Shown in pieces: positions 1 to 10,515 of a DNA stretch of 64,000 nucleotides (positions within the stretch are counted from its first letter, which is position 1; every line of letters begins with the position of its first letter). This DNA is from Saccostrea echinata. Its lineage: Eukaryota. Below the pieces are notes generated by a model. That model saw only the letters and a program-made list of their open reading frames with translations, had not been told where the DNA came from and made no database searches. The position numbers and the translations under genes are program-made. Location of the stretch: positions 9,362,001 to 9,426,000 of the forward strand of contig NW_026889777.1 in the NCBI RefSeq assembly GCF_033153115.1, in the 5' to 3' direction.

Positions 1-1030
1 AGAAAATTCAACCTCAAAGAATATTTCTTTCGCTCAGATCTCGAGTCTGATGAACCTATTGCATCATAGAAATCAAGCTGCAACTGTTGTACATGGTAGT
101 CTTGCATGCTGTAATTGAATGGCTGGGTTGGGGGTGTTTTAATAGTCATGCATTACTTTCTAAAAGATAATCATTTAACATTTTTATCAAATCTCTGATG
201 TTTTAAAATCGAGTTTTACCTTACTGTATTCATTTTTGAAAATCGTTAGATAAAAAAAAATCAAATATTTGTAGATTACTGATTGTTACGTTTCTTTTGC
301 ATTTCAGTATACTATAGGGATCAATATTCCACAATGGACTGTGTAGACTGACAATTGCAATAAAAACAGAACTAAAAGCGCTTTTGGAGGATTGTTGGAA
401 ACATGTAAAAAAAAAAAATACCTGACCAATCTTACATTTATTTACATATTTAAGTAAAAAGCAAATGACACAAGCATTTCCTTGGTACACTCTCGTTTAA
501 AAACTAATACACATACATGTTTCAACTTTTACATATATAGAGCCCTTTTACCCCTTTTTTTCATGCATTTTTAATCAAATTAAAATTGCAAGATAAGAAT
601 CTCAATATTTATTTTGTGAAATTTTGATTCCCCATTGTGATTCCACTATACCCCTGGGGACAATGATGTAATGAAATTTGAATTTGCACTACCTGAGGAT
701 GGCTGCATGGCCCTGCTATTCTTGTCTTGAAAATATGATTTTCCAGTTTATTCCAATGTGAACCTTAGATCCCCCATTGTGGCCCAATCTTACCCCCAGG
801 GGCCACGATTTGAACAAATTTTAAATACTCTACATTTACTAATTTAAGGAAGCTTTCACTGAAGTTTTGTTTTCTATTTTGACTCAGTGGTTCTTCAGAT
901 TTTTAATTAACGACATCACACTATTTTTGCTGTCAGTTATCTCCCCCTAAGAGAGGGGATAATTGAAAAGCTCACTTGAGCCTTAAGTATACCACAGTCT
1001 GGTAGCATTTTAAGAGGGTACATGACTTAC

Positions 1031-4000
1031 CTTCTTAAGTGTGAATCCCACACTGGAATTATGTACTGCATACCTGTCAAAATAAAATTACATATCAATA
1101 TTTACATTTCCAACTGTTTTCTCTGAAAACTCTTTGAAAGTTTAGTGTGTTGATTTCTAGATTGTCAAAACTAAATGTAAATTTTGCCAGGTGAAAGGTC
1201 AAGTGCCTAATATGCATGTCAAACTCCCAGGGCTGTCTTTGTGTCTGACTTCAGCCGACGGGCACTATGAAAATTCCCGTAATTTTTGGGGTACATAGGT
1301 CGAAAGGCTTATTTTTAGCCTTAATTTCTAGATAGTCAAAACTAAATGTAAATTTTGCCAGGTGAAAGGTCAAGTGCCTAATATGCATGTCAAACTCCCG
1401 CTGCTGTCTTTGTGTCTGACTTCAGCCGACGGGCACTATGAAAATTCCCGTAATTTTTGGGGTACATAGGTCGAAAGGCTCATTTTTAGCTTTAATTTCT
1501 AGATAGTCAAAACTAAATGTAAATTTTGCCAGGTGAAAGGTCAAGTGCCTAATATGCATGTCAAACTCCCAGGGCTGTCTTTGTGTCTGACTTCAGCCAA
1601 CGGGCACTATGAAAATTCCCGTAATTTTTGGGGTACATAGGTCGAAAGGCTCATTTTTAGCCTAAATTTTTTAAGAAAATCCTTACATAGGGCGAGGTGT
1701 TGTTTATTGATTTTCTAGAAATTCTTTCGTAGAAACTACGTATCAGAACATGTAAACTTCTTGGTTTATCCCATAATATTATCGTATTGAGAAAATAAAG
1801 TACTATTTTCATGTGTAAGACAATCTCATTGTGTTTTATGTATAAAAACGTTTCTTTAAATTGAAACTTTGTTGAATTGTGCTACGTATTTTCTCCAACT
1901 TGCCTGTTCAATGCTAGCTGTCATAGTTTCTGTCATTAAACAACATCCATATCTACGGTAGTATACAACAGCTATAAATTAGGGAAATGCTCCAGACCAA
2001 TTAGCAATAATTATTTCCATTTAAGAACATCTTGGACACAATCTTAATATATTTCATTTAGACATTATTTACAATATTCAAGCATTCAGCCACTTCAACG
2101 ACCGCCATTTTTATATTTTGTTGTCTAGGGATTTGCTAAAGCACACAAATGACTATTACATTCACTACTAAGCAAATGAAATTAATCATACATGTATTTT
2201 CATGCTATAATTTTGCATATGATATTGTTGTAAAAATAAATTTAATTGAGAGTACATTCGCAATTAAACAGTCATAATGAATTTCACAGCTTTGTTCAAT
2301 GATGTGTAGCACTGATACTCCTATTACGGCGCCTGATCAGTTAATCATGCCCGCAGGTGGTTGAACCAACACAGGCGTTAACACCTTTTGGTACACTGTG
2401 TATATTCCCTTATCAGTCAGACAATTAAAATTCTTACGGAATCCATTGTTGAATATTTCAGTGTATCCCTTGGGTACATGGAAGTTTTCACTTCTATTAT
2501 TTCAAAAAAAAAAATTATTATTTTGTATTGATGTCTAAGTCAACTTCATAATATCACTTAAAATTATATTTTTTTTCATCAGACAATGAAAAAATATTTA
2601 GGTAGATTATTTTAATTAATTGTTACACATAAATCGTAAAAAGATGATGATTATTTCCACAATTGGACTTGTGAAAACTTTTCCGTATTTTTAAAATTAA
2701 ACGTCAATATGGTTGCGGTTTTATTTTTAGTGAACAATTGCGACTTCCAACTTCACAAGATGGACGCAGAAAGCATATTGTTAAATATATTTTGATGAGA
2801 CATATTTATGACGAGGTGATTAAATAAATTTTGTTTTGTATATCGACGGATATTTAATGGAACTTAATTTGTAAGACATCAATGAAATATACAGTACCAA
2901 CCAGACCCAACCTGAAACAAAGCAGTCCCAGAGCAGTCCCACAGCGGTCCCAGAGCAGTCTCACAGCAGTCCCACAACGGTCCCAGCAGTCCCAGAAAGC
3001 AGTCCCAGCGGTCCCAGAAAGCAGTCCCAGCAGTCCCAGTGGGCGGGGTTAATCACTAGTAATCTAATGGGCGGAGCTTACTCAGAAATGAGATTACCAA
3101 TAAACAAAGTAACTATAAAAGGCAGTGGAAATTGATGCATTTCTTTCTGAGCAGTAACAACAAATATTAACCATTCTTATGTGACAATCATTTCTGAACT
3201 GTTAAGAAAATCACAGTACGTGTATACAAACAAATAATAAATATTGAACGAAGAAGACGTTCACACCTACTGATAATATGATTATTTAAACACAGGTCCA
3301 TGGTATATTAATTTTTCACCAAAATAAATCAATTTCTTTATTTTCTGTGATTGATATTGTTTCCATATTTATTTATTTTTATAGAAAATTAAAGTTGAAT
3401 TATTTTTTCTATTAGAATTATCTTTAAATAGATCTTATAATTATAGAGCAAGGCCAATTCCCATACTATACTCTGAATGCATTTTTCTTACTGGAAAGTA
3501 CTGGGGCTTTTGAAAAATTCTTTGCTAAATTTTGCTGAGTATTATATTTCAGTCATGATTATTTTCACTGACTTGCCAATTTGATTATCGTTAGATTTCC
3601 TTTGTAACAGAAACCAATAACATCCAGTTTTAAGTGTTGTATAATATAAATGTTCGAGTGTACATCTGTAAATCATGCAAATAGAACCCTCAGATTATGT
3701 TTAAAATTAATTAATCCCAAAATAAATTTATATACATTTATTGAAACAAAGATTTTTTGCAGTTCATGGATTAAAAATAGTGTCATTGTTGACCAGCATG
3801 TTCAGTGATGTGTAACACTGATACCATTCATTGACTTTCTGCTAATCATGCCCAAAGGCGATTGAAACTTCAGGTGTCGACACCACACAATTCCCGATAT
3901 TTTCAAATGTTTATTTTTTAAATAAATGTACTTTTTTAATAACTTGTTTATAAATTAAAAACTAATTCATAAATAAATCCCCCAATACTTGTGCACATTG

Positions 4001-7000
4001 TTTATATGACGGAAGAATGGAAGAATAATTTTATTTCATAGTCATTTAATAAATTATTAGGTTTTATTTCAGGACGGTAAAAAATAGCATGGAATGCCCT
4101 TTTTTAAGCATGGTTTTTAGTTTTTTCAATTAAAAAAAATCCAGTACAGTACGTCCCTCTGAATATCTTACTGTAATAACAAGTTTGCTTTTTTTTTTTT
4201 TAAATAGTGCTAATGCAAACTTTGAGTACATAATTTGATAGCATTAATTAATTAAATAGGCCTTCATAATTTTGTTTCAAACACCTGTATTAAAATTTAA
4301 TTTAAGGGATAAAAATCATCTCCTGACTTCCCTTTTTAACTACTTTCATTTTTCTTAAAATTAATTCTGGACGATGATTGTGTAAATTTAGAGCTCCTAA
4401 GACATATGGTAATTACATGTTTATCTATCTCTACTTGTTAAAATTTTGTAAGAAATCCTTGCTTATTATTTTTTATCTTAAACACCTCTCTGCTGAAAGT
4501 AAACAAAACAACAACAGGAAGCCTGCAAATTCAGAATACACAAGGGGCGGAGCTATCACGTCACTCAGAACCTTTCTCATGCATGAGTGAACAAAGCAGT
4601 CCCAGAAAGCAGTCCCAGGGACTGCTGGGACTGCTGGGTCTGCTTTCTAGAGCAGTCCCACAGCGGTCCCAGAGCAGTCCCAAAGCAGTCCCTGGGACTG
4701 CTTTCTGGGACTGCTTAGGTGTCAGGTTGGGTCTGGTTGGTACTGTATCTTTGGTTCTTTATTGTTTATTATTTTTTCTCGGTGAAATAATTAAAAAAGT
4801 TACCAAAATGGCACAGACTTGCGTTAAAACTGACGTAAATTTTATGATTTGGGGGCATTTTTCGTAAACTTGAGCCTTAGAATGGTTAGAATGGTCGATT
4901 TGTTAAACAGGGCAACCAAAAAAAAAAAAACAGAAAAAAGTGTCGATATATCGTCCAAAAATTCTGGTAACATGGAATGCCTCTGGTATTTGAAATCTAT
5001 TAGACAGCAGTTTTAATTTATATTTTTGTTTCACATATAAATGAAAATACAAAAAAATCACTGACAGAGTGTCTAATTTGTTGGGTATGCCAGGGACATC
5101 AACAACTCATAGAAATATGGAATAATTTATCCATAACGGGCTTTGCCCCTTATGCAAATTATCCCAGTTTTCCAACTTTCATTGATGCTCTGGCATTACC
5201 AGCAATTTAGACAGAGATTCCTTAATATAACTGTGTCTGGGCAAATTTAAAATGGAGCAAAATAGTTTGCAAATGTGAAAAGGTGAAAATAACACATGTT
5301 GAAAATAACCGTGTACCTAGCAGAAATAGGATTATTGCCCATGTAAAAATGTTACCTGCTGACCACCTCTGCTATTTTGGCATGTTCCTCGGAGGGACTC
5401 TTTAATGCCTTCCTTCTGGTCGATATGTTGTAGAACAAATCTTCTACCTAAATACAAAACATAGTTACATTAAAAGTGTGCCTTAATTATATTGCAGGAA
5501 TTAAAGCATGTCATATCTTCACCCCTACCCCCCCCCCCCAACCCCCATCCCCCATCCCCCCCCCCCACCCCCACCCCTACATTTTCATTAAAGTTTATTA
5601 CAGTTTCATCATGTACAGGAAATCTGAGGAGAAGTTCAAGCAGAGGTATCAGTTTACATTAAGATATAAGTTTAAGTTGGGACACATACACATCAATTCT
5701 GACTTTACAATAAGTTTAACACTTACGGTGATTTGAGTTCCCACATTTCCAGCACACGGTTTCACTGCTTCTTTTAATTTCCCATCCACATAGCTTCCCC
5801 TTAGAAAAGGATAGTACACGTTTCAAATGTTGGATCAACAACAAATAATTCTAAACAATTTTCTGCTTTTTATCATACATATTGTTTTACAAAAGAATTT
5901 TTTAAAGTTCAAATTCATTGACCTGGTAACTCTAAGTTGGATGGACAAATGATTATAATTCCTTTACAAAATTGTCCAGTAAAATGACCATTTCTGTCAA
6001 ATTTTGCCTTGCAAAGTATTCTACGTATATATTTTTAATAATATAAATAAGATTTCTTTTGAAAAATCATTTTGTGTGAAATAAAAATGTTATATAAGTG
6101 AACATAGGGACAATGAATCTTATAATACACGTATCTATTGGCCTTACACAAATTGGACACTTACTTGAAGGCACATTTTGAATCAGCAGTTTTAGTTGTT
6201 ATGGAAACATGGGCCACATGACTTATGCTAGCCAATGCTTCTCCTCGGAATCCGTAGGTGGCTATAGAATTCAGATCCTCAAATTTCTGAAGCTTACTGG
6301 TGGTAAATCTCTCACAAACAATTTCCATGTCTTCCTTCTACAACCAAAGAATTCAACCTTTTACAGTCATCATATAGAAAGCTACTAAATTCTTTTCAAG
6401 GCTTCTAGTTGATTACAATTCTTGAGAATAATAACAGCTCTAACCTATCCCAATTCCTGTCCTGAGCCCTAAACTATGTAATTCAATTACCTCAATAACA
6501 GCTCTAACCTACCCTAATTCCTGTCCTGAGCCCTAAACTTTGTAATTTACCTCAATAACAGCTCTAACCTACCCTAATTTCTGTCCTGAGCCCTAAAACT
6601 ATGTAATTTACCTCAATAACAGCTCTAACCTACCCTAATTTCTGTCCTGAGCCCTAAAACTATGTAATTTACCTCAATAACAGCTCTAACCAACCCTAAT
6701 TCCTATCCTGAGCCATAAACTATGTAATTTACCTCAATAACAGCTCTAACCTACCCTAATTCCTATCCTGAGCCCTAAACTAAGTAATTTACCTCAAGAG
6801 CAGCTCTAACCAACCCTAATTCCTGTCCTGAGCCCTAAACTATGTAATTTAGCTCAATAACAGCTCGAACCTACCCTAATTCCTGTCCCAAGCCCTAACC
6901 TATGTAATTTACCTCAATAACAGCTCTAACCTACCCTAATTTCTGTCCTGAGCCCTTAACTATGTAATTTACCTCAATAACAGCTCTAACCTACCTTAAT

Positions 7001-8756
7001 TCCTGTCCTGAGCCATAAACTATGTAATTTACTTCAATAACAGCTCTAACCTACCCTAATTCCTGTCCCATTGTCCTGAATCTGTAGCAGTTTGAGTCCA
7101 CCCTGTTTCACGGTCACCTGAATGTTGGAGGACTTGGCATCCAAACTAGGAATATCAATCAATTACTACAGTAAAACAACTCTATTAACATAAAAATTCA
7201 TTCTGATGAAAAACTATACTTTTTCTGAAAAAAATAAAGACCAGGAGTAAGTGAATATTATAATAACATAGCATTTTTTTTTTTACAATGTTGGGAACGA
7301 CTTTACAGGTCCCTAGAAAAATGTGCTAAATTATAGTGTCACCATAGGCGACTTCAGTATGTATAAGATCGTTCACATCGAAAAATTTTTTTCAAAAAGT
7401 ACAAGGTTTTTGGCTTTTTGACCACAAAATCGAATTCTATGGTTAAAAGTTTAGTTTAAAACTTCATTTTTAAACGAAGTTTTAATGATCATTCTCTGAA
7501 AATCGACAAAAAATAATTGTCAACAAAGCGCATGTGGCCATGCTTAGTGTCGTTTCTTTCGTACTTAGTTTTTTTTTTCATGTAAACAAACCAACAAGAT
7601 GCCATTGAAGCTGAATTAAGATCTTGCAAAAAATACAGATCTAAAAGAACGAGTCACTAGCCCTCTCTAGGATGGTATGCGAGGACTAACCTAAATCTCC
7701 CGGGCATATGCTAGACTAACCATAAACAGTCAAATAATGTCAGAATAAGGGCTAACCCTAATCTCTCGGATGTATGCAAGACTAACCCTAATCAGTCAAA
7801 CACTTGTGCAAGGACTAACCCTAATCTCTCAAGTGGGTGCAAAACTAACCAGGTCCAGCACAAAACCCTGATAAAGGTATAAATATAGCTTGATAAAGCT
7901 ATATAGCTCTATCAAGGTATTACAAATACCTTGATCAAGGTATTTTATGTAATGAAAATAAAAAAAAAAAAAATCCTAAAAAAATTAAATTTATAAGTCA
8001 AATTATAAGTTGTGGTCAGTGTGTTCACTCGTGCATGAAAAGTACTCAGGTATCAAAAAGACAGCATAAAGAATGTCTCCTCACATGACATGCTTTTATA
8101 CTGATTTCTTTGTGTTTAAGTACTTTACATGCATGAGTGAATTTACTGAGAACAATTCAGAACTCGACTTTCAGTATTTATTCTTTTTTAGGATTTTTTT
8201 TGTATTTTCATTATATAAAATACCTTGATCAAGGTATTTGTAATACCTTGATAAAGCTAGATAGCTTTATCAAGCTATATACCTTTATCAGGGTATTGTG
8301 CTGGACCTGCTAACCTAACCAGTCGAGTGTCATAGTGCAACAAGCTTGCGGATCTGGGGACCGGTAAAGTAAAGTCTACTCCAATGTTGGATCTCAGCCA
8401 ATAATTTCAATCTTATAAATTAATAAAAAAATATCTGACTAACATGTCATTAACATGTTTGTTGAAGTCAATTTAGTGCAACACTTTCAAACTCTTAAAG
8501 GAAGGATGAAAGTCAGGGCTAATTTCTTGCCATATTATGCCAAAGATGATGACAGACTACAGATTAATTTTTATCAGAAAAGCTCACTTGAACTCTGAAT
8601 TCATTTGACATCTTTACTCTGTTTTGATATCTATAAGAACCTGTTTTCGATCATTTCTTTGAGAGCATTTGCTGGGCGCTGGATAACCTCCCCTGCTGCT
8701 ATACGATTCACCACCACCTCATCGAGCCGCTTTATTAAGCCTGGATGTGTTGTCAT
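1031..8756 (-). CDS. MLH1: DNA mismatch repair protein MLH1, N-terminal ATPase region (partial; continues beyond position 1). Coding exons: 8756-8641, 7145-7055, 6337-6165, 5799-5727, 5447-5356, 1073-1031
   Basis: Spliced translation [196 protein letters not shown]. It has the MutL/GHKL motifs ([21 protein letters not shown]). All introns are GT-AG with consistent phases. Exon sizes 116/91/173/73/92/43 match human MLH1 as recalled (173 = 99+74). Confidence 0.97.
1153..1666. repeat. Three near-identical 171-bp tandem units in MLH1 intron 5
   Basis: The TTTCTAG anchor recurs with its end at 1160, 1331 and 1502, and the units differ by few substitutions. Confidence 0.92.
2892..4745. mobile_element. 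Non-autonomous Tc1/mariner-like element (~1.85 kb)
   Basis: TA|CAGTACCAACCAGACCCAACCTGA...TCAGGTTGGGTCTGGTTGGTACTG|TA. Subterminal arrays of GCAGTCCCA at both ends; no transposase ORF. Confidence 0.85.
6430..7069 (-). repeat. ~60-bp tandem array (11 copies) containing the MLH1 exon-2 3' end and donor site
   Basis: Unit (minus strand) GGACAGGAATTAGG|GTAGGTTAGAGCTGTTATTGAGGTAAATTACATAGTTTAGGGCTCA. The first copy overlaps the real exon end at 7055. Confidence 0.95.
7850..8309. mobile_element. Foldback MITE with ~135-bp TIRs and 5-bp TSD (CTAAC)
   Basis: CTAAC|CAGGTCCAGCACAA...TTGTGCTGGACCTG|CTAAC. Each TIR contains the palindrome AATACCTTGATCAAGGTATT. It is inserted in a degenerate ACTAACCCTAATC repeat. 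Confidence 0.85.
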
Positions 8757-10515
8757 AGTTACTATCCTGTCTCACTAGCTCTATCCAAAAAAAAAAAACA
8801 TAAAAGTACCGATAAGTAGGTTGACTGTAAGTACAGTGTTTATGAAATGTCAAATGTGAACGAATTTAGGGAGGCTAGCTTGCTCTGTATTTACGTACAT
8901 GTCACTTGTGTCATCTTCACAATGCATTTAAAAACACCATTAACTAGCAGACGACAGTAGTTACTTCAACAGTTCAGATTCATTTAATTCAGTAAAATTC
9001 GAACGCAGGTAGGTTAAGGACGCCCATGAAATATACGCCTTTAAATATTCAGGGAAAATGAATACAATTTTAATATTTTTTTTAACAGCAGTAGTTTTGA
9101 TAAATGTGAATTGTGGTGTTCGCATTTGTATATATCGGGTATCTGCTGAGTTCGGCCAAACTGACATCGCTTACATCAGCTGTTTGTCACGTGACAGGTT
9201 TAAAATTGGACCATATATGTAGTACTATAAAGATCCTAAAAGTTCAACGATATACGGGCATCTTTCCGCTTTAAAATCTATTTTATTTTCTTTGAGACAA
9301 ATTCCTTAACCCGAAAAGTGCTGGGAGCAACTTCCTCATGCTCGAGAATTGTTCAAAATTTAGCCGTCTTTCTATAAACTCCAGACAAAAATGTAATACG
9401 CATTGGAATAATGTTAGATTACGGAATAAATAAATAACGTACAACCAGCTCCCAACACTTTTCAGAATAGTAGCAATAATAGCTACACGTGTTTAAAAAT
9501 TCAGAATTTATAGTGAAGCGGATATCGTTGAACTTTCGATATTTTCGAGGGGCTCGACCTGTCATTCTAGCACGTTACTGTACAAATGTGCTCCCTACGG
9601 CTTTATATAAAGTCTACACATTATCAATTTAGTTTGACAATAAAATGTGGATTAATATATTTTAGAACATGTCTCTCTTTTGGCCCGACTACGCATGTTT
9701 CGTATTTATTTTTATTTTTACAAGCTACGATAAAAGCTTGATCCACGCCTCAAATACAGAGAAACTGCGTGTCAAACTAAGAAATGACGTCATCTCAGTA
9801 AGTACAGCGAGATCAAGCTTGCTTTCATTCTGCATACGCTAAGTGCTATTACGGCAAGATAAGTTGCACATCCATTTATCTTTGTAACATTTATGAGAAA
9901 CGAAAGCATTTAGTGCGTTTTGAAAAGAACATATAGTATTTATTCATCGAGATTCATTTGTATTGTTTTATCGTGACGTCATAATAGCTTTGCCAAACCT
10001 CTGCATAGGCTGACGTATATATGGGAGTCCTTAACCTAGCTGCGAAGACGTACCTCCTGAATTGATGGAAATATTTGTGCATGTCAAAGGTACTCCATTC
10101 CCGCCATGTGTGACAACAACATTTTTATTTTCAAACACAGGAGATTGATTCAAGGACGATAACTGAGAGATGAAGCGCATTTATCTCCTTGGAGATTCTT
10201 CGTTCCTAGAAAGTAGTTCAGATTCTTCAAAAATTAAACTTAAGCGTATTTGTGCTAAATGAAGCAAACATTGACTGTGATAATTAATCTTTAAAATAAT
10301 AGATTTTTTAAAATTTCATAGTTTTGCCTGATGTAATAAAGACACCATTCATTGGTTCAGCACTATTTTCATTTGCGGAATGATATTACGATTGCTATAA
10401 ACAATATGGCGGACACCTTGTAAGAAGTGAAGACGAACAAGGAGTTTTCAGTGTAAACATGTAATCTCTGGAATTACACTTCTATCTTAGTAGAAAAGAT
10501 AAGAAATCTTTAGTC
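8757..10515. promoter_or_regulatory. Head-to-head promoter interval between MLH1 and CFAP221
   Basis: Start codons are 1.76 kb apart and divergent, and the interval is locally CpG-richer. Motifs: GTCACGTGAC E-box 9186-9195, TGACGTCA CRE sites 9785-9792 and 9974-9981, YY1-like AATATGGCGG ~10403 and forkhead-like TAAACA near the CFAP221 5' end. Confidence 0.6.
9004..10044. mobile_element. Inverted-repeat-bounded segment (possible Kolobok-like element with TTAA TSD) with a nested foldback at ~9190-9567
   Basis: CGCAGGTAGGTTAAGGACGCCCAT at 9004 pairs with ATGGGAGTCCTTAACCTAGCTGCG at 10021-10044. Inner pairs: AAAGTTCAACGATAT/ATATCGTTGAACTTT and AAAAGTGCTGGGAGC/GCTCCCAACACTTTT. Confidence 0.55.

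Noticed and set aside
1-1000. Next MLH1 exon (equivalent of human exon 8)
   Set aside because: No matching peptide was found; it is presumably left of the window.
4583-4867. 94-aa ORF with repeated motifs
   Set aside because: It is a translation of the GCAGTCCCA subterminal repeats of the transposon.
6195-6208. X-box-like GTTGTTATGGAAAC inside MLH1 exon 3
   Set aside because: It is explained by the conserved codons for VSITT and falls within chance expectation.
6430-7069. Regular array resembling CRISPR or telomeric repeats (CCCTAA)
   Set aside because: There are no unique spacers and the context is eukaryotic. The CCCTAA derives from the exon/donor sequence ATTAGG|G.
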